From positions 128,001 through 192,000 of the forward strand of contig JBGASG010000005.1 in NCBI GenBank assembly GCA_044229845.1: a DNA stretch of 64,000 nt. The letters run 5' to 3'. Within the stretch, counting starts at the first letter, position 1; each line of letters starts with the position of its first letter. Source of the DNA: Candidatus Obscuribacteraceae bacterium. Its GTDB lineage: Bacteria > Cyanobacteriota > Vampirovibrionia > Obscuribacterales > Obscuribacteraceae. Below the pieces are notes generated by a model. That model ran no database searches and was not told the DNA's origin. It was given only the letters and a program-made list of their open reading frames with translations. Positions 37,665 through 47,689 of the stretch are shown here, piece after piece. The position numbers and the translations under genes were made by a program.

Positions 37665-40600
37665 TACCGTACGCGGTGCCATAACTGTCTCGCTCTTGGC
37701 CGCCTGCGTAGGTCAGGCTTTGGTGTCGAATGTGGTGCCGGGGGCGCGCGCCTCCGCGGCGCAGTCGGCCGCTGGAGCATCCGAAATCGAGCGGCTGGAG
37801 GCCCAGATCGCCAAACTGCGCGGCAAGAAGAACTCTGCTGATCTGACTGAAGGGCTGTTTTTGCTTGCCAAAGAACATTTCAATGCGGGCGATATAGATA
37901 AAGCCATTCCATTACTGAAAGAAGCGCTCGAACTGGATGTGGCAGCCGGGCGACCCACCGGGTTGATTCATCACCGGTTGGCTCTGGCCCTTTTGGTGCA
38001 GGCGCAGAGAACGCGTAATGCCGATGCACCGGAGTTTGATGCTGCGCTCGCTGAGTTTGCCGCCGCGCGCGCGGCATACGAGAAGGAGTCTTTCAGTAAT
38101 GTGCCTGTGATTCTCAACTCGATGGGCATGCTTGAGTACACGCGTAAGCACTACGATAAAGCGATCGAGTACGTGAAGCAAGCAGCCGAGATTGCCACTG
38201 AGCAAAATCAGCCTAATGAAGTGGCGGCGGCGTATGGCAATTTGACCACCATAGCCACCGGCAAAGGCGATCTGGAGGGCGCCCTCACCTTTCAGCAAAA
38301 CGCAGTGAATTTGCTGGAGAAAGCGGAAGTCGATGACGAGATTCATGCCGATGCTCTGTGCCGATTAGCAGAGGTCTTCAAACTCCTGAATAGGTACGAT
38401 GAGTCGGCCGCTGCTTACACCAAAGCGCTGCAGTTGGAGGCAAAGGCGGGTGTGCCGACGCTCAGTCCGGAGCTTCTGGGTAGCGCCGAGTTCGGTCTTG
38501 CCGAATGTATGTGGAATCTGCATCGATTGCCCGAAGCTCGCCAGCATTACCAGAAGTCGGTCCAGTTTTTGCAGAGCAATCGAATGAATCCCATGTTCAT
38601 CAAGGCGAGCATTGGATTGGGTTCGACGCAAGCCGATCTAAGAGAAATGGATCTGGCGGAGAAGATGCATGCCGAGGCTTTAGAGGCAGCTGTGGCGGCG
38701 AAGAAACCTGACCTGCAAGTGACGGCGGTCATGCAGCTCTCGTTTGATTCGCTCTTGCGTGGTCGTCCGGAACAAGCATTGCAACAGTTGCTCGATCGCA
38801 AAAAAGAGGCTGAAGAACCGGCGGTCGATCCTATCGAGCGCGGCGGATACACCATGATGATTGGTAAGTGTTACCGCTCGCTGGGTCAGATCGATGCAGC
38901 ATTGAAATATTACGGCGATGCGTTGCGAGCTTATGAAAGCGCGAAAAACCCGCTGCGGCAGGCGGAAGCGCTGAGCAACATTGCCGTCGCCTATCTCGAC
39001 AGTGGCAGGACTGCTGAATTTGAAATGTATTCCGGGCGTGCCAACGAACTGTTCACGCTCATGCATGATCAAGTCGGAGCGGGCACGCAGGATTATAACC
39101 GCGGTCAGTTTGAATTGATGCGCGGCAACTATACTAAGGCGCTGCCGCTATATGAGAGCGCCATAGCCAAGCTGAAAGACCTGGATCCGTTGCGGTCGGC
39201 CGGGGCTCTGCGCGGAAAAGGCTTTGCCCTTCTCTATACCAATCAACCGCAGGCGGCAGTCACGACGCTCGAACAAGCGCTGGTGATGGCCAAACAGGCG
39301 GACGACCTGGAAGCGCAGTGGGACTGCAATCTGGGACTGGGACGCGCATACAAAATGCTTGGTGATTCGGGTAAAGCAATCCCGTTTTTGCGCTCGGCTG
39401 TCGATCTCGTGGAGAAAGAGCGACAGCAGCTGACGCGTGATAGCTTCAAGACTCACAACCTGGATTTTCGCCGCGCCTGTTATTCTGAATTGACTGATGC
39501 CTACATCGGACAAAATCAGCCTTACGAAGCGCTCGAGATCGCCGAGAAAGGCAAAGCTCGAGCGTTTCTTGATTTGCTGGCCAACCGCCACTCGCGCCAA
39601 ATGGATCTGTCATTCGTAGTTCCAGCTGATACCAAAACTGGTGGCAGTGAACTACCCACGTCCTCGTCGCCTTCAGCGCTGGTGCCTCAGCCGGTGGCAT
39701 CTCGCCCGCAGCCGCCGTCTGATCTGATTGCCAGCGCCGAGTTGGGCGGCGTCGGTACGGTGCGTTCTATGGAGATTGTTCCCAAGGCGCACGCACTGGT
39801 AGAACCGACGATGCTCAGCCCCGTGGCTGCCAAAGCTCCAGACATCGAAGAAATCAAAAAGCTCGTCGCCGCCAGGCAATCCACTTGCGTTGAGTATTGT
39901 CTCTTCCCGACGAAAATATTGATCTGGGTGATTAAGCCCGATCTGACGGTGACCACCGCCGTGGTCAACTTGAAACGAGGACAGCTGGCCAAGGAAGTGC
40001 AGGCGACCTATGCAAGCTTACTTACGCAGCCCAAGGACGAAGTCCAACTTAAGGCTTTTGCCCAGGAACGGCAGAAAAATCTGAAGTTGCTCTATTCGCA
40101 AGTGGTGGCACCAATCGAGAAGGATCTACCTAAGAGCGCGGAAACGTCTGTAACCATAATTCCGGATGGTGAGTTGTTTATGGTGCCCTTTGCGGCATTG
40201 ATGGCGCCGGACGGCAGTTATATGGCGGAGAAACACACGCTCTCCTACATGCCGGCCATCGGCGTGATGCGCTCCACTCAGCAGCTGGCAGGGGAGCATC
40301 GGGACCACGGCAAGTTGCTGGCTTTCGGCAATCCCTATTCGCCGCTGGCGTCTTCGATGGGATTGCCGGGATTGCCTTATGCAGAAAAGGAAGTGAAGAA
40401 CATCGCTCAGTTGTTCGGACCGACCAACAGCGAATTGAAAGTGGGCAAGGATGCCACCAAGGCAGCATTTGCATCGCTGGCACCGGCGAATTCCTGCTTG
40501 CACCTGGCTACGCACGGACTGGTCGACGAAGAGCAACCGGTGAAGAGCGCGCTGGTTCTCGCACCCTTGAACGGTGACGACGGGCTGCTCACAGTCGGCG

Positions 40601-40959
40601 ATATCTTGAGCCTGAAAAACATCAAGGCTAATCTGATTGTGCTGTCCGCGTGCCGCACGGGGCGCGGAAAAATCACGGGCGACGGCGTCGTTGGTTTGTC
40701 GCGTGCGTTTATTATTGCCGGCACGCCGTCGGTGATCGTCAGTCAGTGGAACGTCGATGACGTGATGACCGAATATCTGATGCGGCACTTTTATCAAGAA
40801 TATCTGGCCGGCAAGCCGAAGGCGCAGGCTCTGCGCGATGCGCAACTCGCCGCCATCAAGACGCTCGAACGCGATAGCGAGGGACCTGTGAACGCCAGCA
40901 CGCTGCGGACCAACCCGCGTTTCTGGGCGGCGTTCCAGATCATCGGGGAACAAAAATAA
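37600..40959 (+). CDS. TPR-CHAT (caspase-like, clan CD) protease with N-terminal signal/TM segment
   Basis: Long TPR array; EKGKARAFLDLL, IIPDGEL..VPF, LHLATHG (His), VLSACRTG (Cys), SQW.VDD and FWAAF motifs. Start uncertain; the ORF overlaps the upstream gene. Confidence 0.92.
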   Translation: MKSMARMATQSKQSVDQWLRNSTVRGAITVSLLAACVGQALVSNVVPGARASAAQSAAGASEIERLEAQIAKLRGKKNSADLTEGLFLLAKEHFNAGDIDKAIPLLKEALELDVAAGRPTGLIHHRLALALLVQAQRTRNADAPEFDAALAEFAAARAAYEKESFSNVPVILNSMGMLEYTRKHYDKAIEYVKQAAEIATEQNQPNEVAAAYGNLTTIATGKGDLEGALTFQQNAVNLLEKAEVDDEIHADALCRLAEVFKLLNRYDESAAAYTKALQLEAKAGVPTLSPELLGSAEFGLAECMWNLHRLPEARQHYQKSVQFLQSNRMNPMFIKASIGLGSTQADLREMDLAEKMHAEALEAAVAAKKPDLQVTAVMQLSFDSLLRGRPEQALQQLLDRKKEAEEPAVDPIERGGYTMMIGKCYRSLGQIDAALKYYGDALRAYESAKNPLRQAEALSNIAVAYLDSGRTAEFEMYSGRANELFTLMHDQVGAGTQDYNRGQFELMRGNYTKALPLYESAIAKLKDLDPLRSAGALRGKGFALLYTNQPQAAVTTLEQALVMAKQADDLEAQWDCNLGLGRAYKMLGDSGKAIPFLRSAVDLVEKERQQLTRDSFKTHNLDFRRACYSELTDAYIGQNQPYEALEIAEKGKARAFLDLLANRHSRQMDLSFVVPADTKTGGSELPTSSSPSALVPQPVASRPQPPSDLIASAELGGVGTVRSMEIVPKAHALVEPTMLSPVAAKAPDIEEIKKLVAARQSTCVEYCLFPTKILIWVIKPDLTVTTAVVNLKRGQLAKEVQATYASLLTQPKDEVQLKAFAQERQKNLKLLYSQVVAPIEKDLPKSAETSVTIIPDGELFMVPFAALMAPDGSYMAEKHTLSYMPAIGVMRSTQQLAGEHRDHGKLLAFGNPYSPLASSMGLPGLPYAEKEVKNIAQLFGPTNSELKVGKDATKAAFASLAPANSCLHLATHGLVDEEQPVKSALVLAPLNGDDGLLTVGDILSLKNIKANLIVLSACRTGRGKITGDGVVGLSRAFIIAGTPSVIVSQWNVDDVMTEYLMRHFYQEYLAGKPKAQALRDAQLAAIKTLERDSEGPVNASTLRTNPRFWAAFQIIGEQK

Positions 40960-40960
40960 A

Positions 40961-41542
40961 TCAGCAGTCGATGCCTTCCAGCGCGCGACCATGGTGCTTG
41001 AGTTGGACCGTAGTACTGATGGTGGTGGCTTCGTTCATCAACCAGTCAGGCGCCTTGCGTCCGGTCAAAACCAGCAGGGTCGGGTCCTGGCGAGCATCGA
41101 TGATTGGCTTTACTTCGTCCCAGGAGACGACGCCGACGCGCGCCACATCCAACATCTCGTCGGCAATAACAATCTCGTCACCGCGTTCGAAACCTTCTCG
41201 AAGATACTGCAATCCCTTCTTCGACTCGGCTGTGTCTTCCGGCAAGATGCCGTTGGGTGAACTGTAGAAACGAAACGTGCCGTTCGGTCCGGCTCCCAGA
41301 CGATTGATGCCGGTGTAGTGAACATTCAGACGTCCGAAACCAGATTCTTTAGTCTCGCTGAGCAGTTTCAGTGCTCGGCCTTCACTGGTGTTCTGTTCCA
41401 GCTTGTCAAAGAAAACGATGGTGACGTTTTTGCCGGTGCTCAGCGCGCGCAGCGCCAGTCCGAAAGTGGCCGTGGTTTTGCCGCAACCGGTACCGAGATA
41501 AAGCCTGATTCTCTCTTTAACGCTTGAATCCACAGCAGCCAC
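40961..41542 (-). CDS. cobO: ATP:corrinoid adenosyltransferase (CobO/BtuR family), divergent
   Basis: LYLGTGCGKTTATFGLALRA..G, IVIADE, LVLTGR.AP and KH...EGID motifs. Confidence 0.8.
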   Translation of the reverse strand: MAAVDSSVKERIRLYLGTGCGKTTATFGLALRALSTGKNVTIVFFDKLEQNTSEGRALKLLSETKESGFGRLNVHYTGINRLGAGPNGTFRFYSSPNGILPEDTAESKKGLQYLREGFERGDEIVIADEMLDVARVGVVSWDEVKPIIDARQDPTLLVLTGRKAPDWLMNEATTISTTVQLKHHGRALEGIDC

Positions 41543-41622
41543 CGCGCTGATTCGTTGTCACTCCAATCTGCCAAATGATACCGCCTTCGGCACCGGCGGT
41601 CATCTCTCTTTCATCGCGGTGA

Positions 41623-42039
41623 TCAACTTTTCAGTGGTGTCGGTTTTCCGTCTTCGCCGATGCTGACGAAGGTCAGCTCGGCCTGGGTCACAGCCACTTG
41701 TTTACCACGTCTCTCCGACTCAACTTCGACCTTGACGGTGATCGAAGTGTTGCCTGTTTTTATGACATGTGCGTAAAAACTGACAACTTCACCAACGAAG
41801 ACCGGTTCTTTGAAGATCACTTCTTTCATAGCCACCGTGACAACGCGGTTTGATGTGTGGCGGCGCGCTTCTACAGCACCCGCTAAGTCGATGTGACTCA
41901 AGATGACGCCGCCGAAAATGGTGCCGAATGCATTTGTATCTCGTGGCAGCAAGACGACACGAATGGTGGCATGCCGGGCCTGCTTCTTGTCTTCTAGGCT
42001 GATGGTATCGGACAACTGACTCTCCTTTAAATTCTTCAA
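41623..42039 (-). CDS. Acyl-CoA thioesterase (hotdog fold, YciA-like)
   Basis: PRDTNAFGTIFGGVILSHIDLAG, VVTVAM..V.F..PV.VG and GNTSITV motifs. Confidence 0.92.
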   Translation of the reverse strand: MKNLKESQLSDTISLEDKKQARHATIRVVLLPRDTNAFGTIFGGVILSHIDLAGAVEARRHTSNRVVTVAMKEVIFKEPVFVGEVVSFYAHVIKTGNTSITVKVEVESERRGKQVAVTQAELTFVSIGEDGKPTPLKS

Positions 42040-42141
42040 TTGCCAAGTTAGCTACTTGGATATTTGATCTCTCGGTTATAATCGGGCTACGACAATATTA
42101 CTAGTGTGGAATTAACAGTGGTGTTTGATTCGGGACGATAT

Positions 42142-43287
42142 ATGCGCAAGATGCTGCTTGCGATGTTCGGACTGGCTGCCACCGCATATGGCGCCACGAG
42201 CGAAGTTGCCGCGCAACAATTACCGCCGGCCGCCGCCGGATCGGTTGGATCGCTCTCTATAGCAGGGGGTGCGCTGCCTGTCACGGCTGACACGGCCGTG
42301 CCGATGCGAGCCGGTTCCCAGTTTCAGGCACCACCGCTGGTGGGCCCTTCGTCGATCTTGCCCAATCATGCCGGCGATCTGGTTGCGGCTGATGCGCCCT
42401 CGCAGCCGTCATCGCTCAATCAAACGACGCAGCAGATCGACCTGGCGCCGGTGCGTCTGCCTGAACGCGGAAATGCTTATGGCAACTTTCAGTCGTTTCG
42501 CGCCAGCGTCTTATACAAATTGCCGGCGAAGATGTATTTCGACGTCAACGTGGAAAACTCACTGCGGCTGGAAACCAACGTCTTCAACACCTTACGACGT
42601 AATCGCGCCGACATGGTGTATCGCATCAATCCGAACGTGACAGTCGGCTATGCACTTAATCGCAAGACGCGCGTGGCAGCCAACTATTTCTTCCTTCGCG
42701 ATCAATACGACATCAACAATAAGTTGATGAGCAGAAACTACCAGTCTGTCGGCTTCCGCGCCGATCGTGACTTCTATATCAATCCGCGCACCAGTGCCAC
42801 CGCCAGCCTCTTCGCGCGCGAACTGTTCGTGCCCGCCTATCGTCAGGTCTCCGACATTTTGCCGTCTCTATCGGTGGTGCGCCGCGTCGGTAATCGCGGT
42901 GCCATCTACTCCAACGTGCTCGGTCAGATCAGGTGGCGCGACGTCTTCGGGCGCTACCAGGAATTCGATCAGTTCTACTCGTTGGGCGGTGTCTATCGCA
43001 CACCTAAGTGGACATTCCTGATGGATACTACACTGGTTAACAGCTTCGGTAAACGCGCTGTGCGACTGGGTCCCAACAACTCAGTGATTGTGATGACCAT
43101 GGAAGCGGGACGGCGCATTCACCCGATGGTGCCGCTCACGCTCTTTGCGCGCGCCGAGCCAATCTTCAACATCGGCGCCAATCAGGCACCGGGTTTCGCA
43201 GGATTCAACTTCCGCATGTACGGCGGCATCCGCGCCGAGATCAGCAAACCGGCCATCTTCCCGGTCAAGCTGAAGAACTTGAAGTAG
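42142..43287 (+). CDS. Exported protein, probable outer-membrane beta-barrel
   Basis: Signal peptide, low-complexity linker, then many amphipathic aromatic-rich beta-strands; TATAAT at 42077-42082 upstream. Confidence 0.6.
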   Translation: MRKMLLAMFGLAATAYGATSEVAAQQLPPAAAGSVGSLSIAGGALPVTADTAVPMRAGSQFQAPPLVGPSSILPNHAGDLVAADAPSQPSSLNQTTQQIDLAPVRLPERGNAYGNFQSFRASVLYKLPAKMYFDVNVENSLRLETNVFNTLRRNRADMVYRINPNVTVGYALNRKTRVAANYFFLRDQYDINNKLMSRNYQSVGFRADRDFYINPRTSATASLFARELFVPAYRQVSDILPSLSVVRRVGNRGAIYSNVLGQIRWRDVFGRYQEFDQFYSLGGVYRTPKWTFLMDTTLVNSFGKRAVRLGPNNSVIVMTMEAGRRIHPMVPLTLFARAEPIFNIGANQAPGFAGFNFRMYGGIRAEISKPAIFPVKLKNLK

Positions 43288-43311
43288 ATCAGACTAGTTG
43301 TGCAGCAGACG

Positions 43312-44742
43312 CTAGTTTTTCTTCGTGGTGGTGGCTGCGTTCGTCGGCGTCGTGGCAGGCGTCGACTCGGCGGCTATTTGCGCGGCGCTGCTGGGCTTGC
43401 CCAGCTCTTTCGCCAGCACCTCTACCGCTTTGTTGAGTTGCACGTCTTTGCCGTCGCGCGGTGAACGTTTGAAGTTGGTGAGGTTTGGATCAATCCACCA
43501 CGGACCTTTGCCGATCTTGTAGTCGTCGTCTTTCAGTTCAACAGAGAACTCAGGCACGATGCCGGTCTTGTTGATATCGATGTCGGCCGGAGTCAAATAT
43601 TTGGCGATCGTGACGTTGATGCCGGAGCCGTCGCCGAGTGGGTTGATTGCCTGCACAAGCCCTTTTCCGAAGGACTTCTGGCCGACCAGCTTGGCACGGT
43701 GATTGTCGCGCAGGCAGCCGCTCAGAATCTCGCTGGCGCTGGCGGATCCCTGGTTGATCAGGACCACCATCGGAATCGTCACGCGTCCGTACTTAGGCGA
43801 GGCCACTTGCGATGTCTTGTAGCCATCGGAGTCGATGGTGCTGACGATCACGCCATGGTCGATAAACATGTTGGCGATCTCGATGGCATTGGCCAGCAGT
43901 CCGCCCGGGTTGTTGCGCAGGTCGAGAATAATCCCTTCGGCGCCGTCCGCCTGTACTTTGCGCAGAGCTTCGCGCATTTCATCATTCGCTTTTTGCGATA
44001 TGAAACTATCAAGTCTGATGTAGCCGAACTTGCCGCTGTTACCGCCGAAGTTCATGATCTCAGCGTTGGCAACCGCTTTGATGGGAATCTCAGCGCGAGT
44101 CAGTTCTACTTCGTGCTTTTTGGCGGTGCGCAGGAAGGTGATTTTTACCTTCGTGCCCTTCTCGCCGCGAATCTGTTTGACCACCTGATCTAGTGATTGA
44201 CCTTTTACAGGCTTAGCATCGACTTCGGTAATCTCGTCGCCTGGATGAATGCCGGCGCGCTCCGCGGGGGTGTCTTGAATCGGTGCGATCACCACGACTT
44301 TATGTTCTTTGTTCATGCCCAACTGCATGCCGACGCCGAACAGATGCGCTTGAATCTGCGACTTCTCCTCACCGAAGGCATCCTGTCCGAGGAAGCGGGT
44401 GTAAGGGTCGCCCAGGCTGTGCAACATGGTCTCGATGGCTTTGTATGCATCTTCTTCGGTCTTCAACTTGCCGTCATAGCGGTGACGCCATCGGTTCCAG
44501 TCCTGTCCGCCAAACTTCTGCTCGTAAAAGGTGTCTTTGATGAGGTTCCAGGCTTTGTCGTACACCTGCGTGGGCGACATTTTTTCGCCGATTCTGTCTT
44601 GCGCCAGGACGGCCGGGAATGTCGTCGACGGCTGGTCGGGCGTGGTGCGGAATACGGTTACTAAGCCAAGGACGATAAGCAACGCTGCAAGCGGGATGCC
44701 GGCTCTAATGAGCCATTTAGCGTTGGAAGAGTTTGCCGCCAA
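43312..44742 (-). CDS. ctpA: C-terminal processing peptidase (S41 family, PDZ domain)
   Basis: LGDPYTRF, GVGM (PDZ), DLRNNPGG, SASASE and SFGKGLVQ motifs; N-terminal TM segment. Confidence 0.95.
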   Translation of the reverse strand: MAANSSNAKWLIRAGIPLAALLIVLGLVTVFRTTPDQPSTTFPAVLAQDRIGEKMSPTQVYDKAWNLIKDTFYEQKFGGQDWNRWRHRYDGKLKTEEDAYKAIETMLHSLGDPYTRFLGQDAFGEEKSQIQAHLFGVGMQLGMNKEHKVVVIAPIQDTPAERAGIHPGDEITEVDAKPVKGQSLDQVVKQIRGEKGTKVKITFLRTAKKHEVELTRAEIPIKAVANAEIMNFGGNSGKFGYIRLDSFISQKANDEMREALRKVQADGAEGIILDLRNNPGGLLANAIEIANMFIDHGVIVSTIDSDGYKTSQVASPKYGRVTIPMVVLINQGSASASEILSGCLRDNHRAKLVGQKSFGKGLVQAINPLGDGSGINVTIAKYLTPADIDINKTGIVPEFSVELKDDDYKIGKGPWWIDPNLTNFKRSPRDGKDVQLNKAVEVLAKELGKPSSAAQIAAESTPATTPTNAATTTKKN

Positions 44743-44991
44743 TTTCGTTTATCCTCAAATTTCTCGAGCGGATGTTTTCTGGATACGACAGAAATGCCGA
44801 AAGAAAGTTTCGCTACCCGCTGTTCTCAGTATCGCCGACAGGAATTGCTTTCAATTTATGAGCGTCCTTCAAGATATTTAATTCTACCTCTATTTAGTAT
44901 CTGGCGAACGCCGAGCCAATCCAATAAGAATTTTTCGGTACGCTACATGTTAATTTGCCTGGGTTTTCAGTAATGGATTCAGTAACCTAGT

Positions 44992-46194
44992 ATGACTCTG
45001 TCAGCCTCATGCACATGTCGAAATGTGTTCAGGCTGCGCTCCGGTTTCACACGAATCAGCGCACCCAGCGCGGAAAACAGAGGCTTCTCGGGAATGATAT
45101 CTACCAAGGAACCCCCCACGGCATCGATGGATAGGCGACAAGACAACGTGTCGTTAGACGCACCGGACGAAAGCTCAGGCAAGCAGTTCGATCCGAAAGC
45201 CATGATGCACAAGGCTTCCGAAGTCAGACGGCGTATTCCTAAATCCGTGAAGATGAAGCTGAAAATACTTTTCAGCCTGATTATGTTCGCCAGCCTCTTC
45301 ATTTTCGGCAAGGTCGACATGAACAAGACCTGGCAGGCACTGCTCAACACCAATCCGTTCATTATCGGCGCCACCACGACGCTCTTATTGTCGACAATCA
45401 TTGTTCAAGCCCATCGCTGGCAGATAATCGCCGGCTATCTGGACTTTAAGCGCTCGCTGGGCGAAATGGTTCGCTACTACTATGTGGGCATGTTCTTCAA
45501 TCTTTTCCTGCCTTCGACAGTGGGCGGCGACGTCAGCCGCTGCTATTACTTGTCGAAAGGGGAAGGCAAGTACGGCAGAGCCTTCTACTCCGTAATGGCC
45601 GACCGGGCAAGCGGCATCGCGGTTCTGTTTCTCTCAGCAGCTCTTGGCATTCTGCTCAGCTCCGATGCTGCGTCGCTTCCCTGGCAGCTGAAGGCACCGA
45701 TTTTCGCCGGCACCGTCGGACTCTTCGGTGTGATGCCCTTCGTGCCCTGGCTGACCAAAACAATACTAGGACCCAACAACTGGATTGCCCGTCAGTTCAA
45801 TGACTCGTCGCTGAATATCTTCTGGACGAACAAACCGCTGGTCGCCAAAGCCCTCGTCTGGTCGATCATTGCGCAGTTGCTCATGGTCGTCTGCCATATC
45901 GGCGTCGGTCTGGCGCTCAACTTGACGGTGCCGCTCTGGTACTACTTCATCTTCTATCCGGCAGTCGCGGTGCTGGGATTCGTCACCCCGAGCTTTAACG
46001 GCATCGGCATTCGCGAGTGGGCGTACACCTATTTCCTCATGATGGTGGGTGTGGATCGCGCGCACGCCTTGACCTATGCGCTGCTCTGGCTGGCGCTCAC
46101 GACATTCACGTCGCTGGTCGGTGGGCTGGTTTACATGGCCAGCCATATGTCACCGCCGCCGCCTCAAGTCGAAGAAGAAGCAGAAGCCGTCTAG
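44992..46194 (+). CDS. Lysylphosphatidylglycerol-synthase TM-domain (flippase-like, UPF0104) protein
   Basis: RWQ, GMFFNLFLPSTVGGDVSR, ADR..G and PSFNGIGIRE motifs. The real start is probably downstream (e.g. 45094). Confidence 0.88.
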   Translation: MTLSASCTCRNVFRLRSGFTRISAPSAENRGFSGMISTKEPPTASMDRRQDNVSLDAPDESSGKQFDPKAMMHKASEVRRRIPKSVKMKLKILFSLIMFASLFIFGKVDMNKTWQALLNTNPFIIGATTTLLLSTIIVQAHRWQIIAGYLDFKRSLGEMVRYYYVGMFFNLFLPSTVGGDVSRCYYLSKGEGKYGRAFYSVMADRASGIAVLFLSAALGILLSSDAASLPWQLKAPIFAGTVGLFGVMPFVPWLTKTILGPNNWIARQFNDSSLNIFWTNKPLVAKALVWSIIAQLLMVVCHIGVGLALNLTVPLWYYFIFYPAVAVLGFVTPSFNGIGIREWAYTYFLMMVGVDRAHALTYALLWLALTTFTSLVGGLVYMASHMSPPPPQVEEEAEAV

Positions 46195-46895
46195 CTTTTT
46201 TCCGGCTGACGCGACCACATGTACGAACAGTAAAACGTTGCGCTGGTCATGACTAGCGAGCCGAGCACGAGTATGGCGACGGCGACGAAAGTGTTGACCA
46301 GGGCACCACAGGCGGTGAGTATGCCGGTCGCGGCCATTAGTGCGCCGCCCATCTTGTTGGTTTTGTCCCAGTTGCGATCGTCTTTCAGTGCCCATGGTGT
46401 GCGCACTCCAACACATGTGTTGCGCGCCGTCTTGCCAGCAGCCATGGCGATGCCGATGGCGCCCAGCAAAAGTCCAATGGAAACGAACATGACGGTCGTG
46501 ATCGGAATTTGATGACCGAGTGCCGCGAGCACGATGACCAGTTGCGCTTCAAAGATGACTACCATCGATCCAAAGAGAGCAATGTAGGTGGTCAGCTTGG
46601 ACTTCTCGAGGTTTTCCTTGAACTTCTCGTTTTTCATGCGGTACCAGAAGAACGCGCATGCGAATGCCATCACCGCGGGCAGCATAAGCAAGGCTTGCGG
46701 CTTGGCGGCATAGCCGTCCGGCTTGCCGAAGATGTCGAAATGGACGGCAATATTCTGGTCGCCCGGGATCTGCACCCATCCCCATGCTGCCACCGCCAGA
46801 ATGGCGGCTACCGAAAGCCAGGATATCCATTGAGCGATGCCGTTCGAGCTGGAATCGGGATTGCCGGGATTTGCCGGGTCTGTGGAACTGGTCAT
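46191..46895 (-). CDS. SdpI-family membrane protein with DUF1648
   Basis: IAVHFDIFGKPDGY and N..VGVRTPWAL....WDKTN..GG motifs. Confidence 0.88.
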   Translation of the reverse strand: MTSSTDPANPGNPDSSSNGIAQWISWLSVAAILAVAAWGWVQIPGDQNIAVHFDIFGKPDGYAAKPQALLMLPAVMAFACAFFWYRMKNEKFKENLEKSKLTTYIALFGSMVVIFEAQLVIVLAALGHQIPITTVMFVSIGLLLGAIGIAMAAGKTARNTCVGVRTPWALKDDRNWDKTNKMGGALMAATGILTACGALVNTFVAVAILVLGSLVMTSATFYCSYMWSRQPEKS

Positions 46896-47063
46896 AGTTT
46901 TAGCCGCTCAGAAGGGTCTATGTACTACCGGTATACACCCGGCGGCGACCAAGGTGTTAGATGCATACAGTTGCTTAACTGTTTGGGTCCGGTTAAAAAG
47001 GTGGGGACGTGCGCGAAACTATTGATTTCTCCCCTCTTCGGTCGGTTCTGCGAGGAACTGGAA

Positions 47064-47600
47064 ATGCGCATAACACTCTTAGCGCCGTGGCGGCGTTGTT
47101 TCTTATATTGATTCAGTGATCGGTGGCAGAAACCGTGCCAGCCGTCCGTCCAGGGAAGCATCATGGACAGATAAGAGTAGGCGGGTTGAAGCGGACCTAT
47201 CAAATCTATGTTCCGAAAAGGAGCCTGGAGACAGAGAAGGCGCTGCCGGTAGTAATTGTTTTGCACGGCGGACTGGGCCGTGACAGGTGGACGATGTGGC
47301 GTTTATTCGTCAGGCATCTCCAATGGTGGCATGAAGGCGTACAAACTTGGTTGCGAACTCTCAGATCAGATTGCCGCGATTGCGCCCATCGAGGGCTGTC
47401 TGTATTCGACACAAAAGCCGCTGACCAGCCCGGTTAGCGTGATTGCCTTTCATGGAAAACAGGACTTTCTGGATCCCTACAATGGTGGCGTCGGCTCGAT
47501 GTACGGATACACGTGTATGCGGGCGGCGATTCAGGTACGGAAGTTTGTCTATAATTGCGCCACGGAAACCATGTGCCGCTTCTTCTTTGCACATCCAAGC
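47064..47600 (+). pseudogene. Eroded LpqC/PHB-depolymerase-like esterase pseudogene
   Basis: Motifs in the expected order across all three + frames: broken signal peptide (TGA 47117), RTY.IYVP...PVVIVLHGG, VDDVAFIR (47287), GISNGGM (47313), FHG..D...PYNGG, GTEV (then TAA) and ATE.M..FF.AHP. Confidence 0.8.
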
Positions 47601-47689
47601 AGCATCCGGCACCGCCTGACAATGTCAGTGGCGACGGTCGATTGGATGCAGCGGTGGCAACTGGCAGTAAATGATCTTATGATCGGGGG

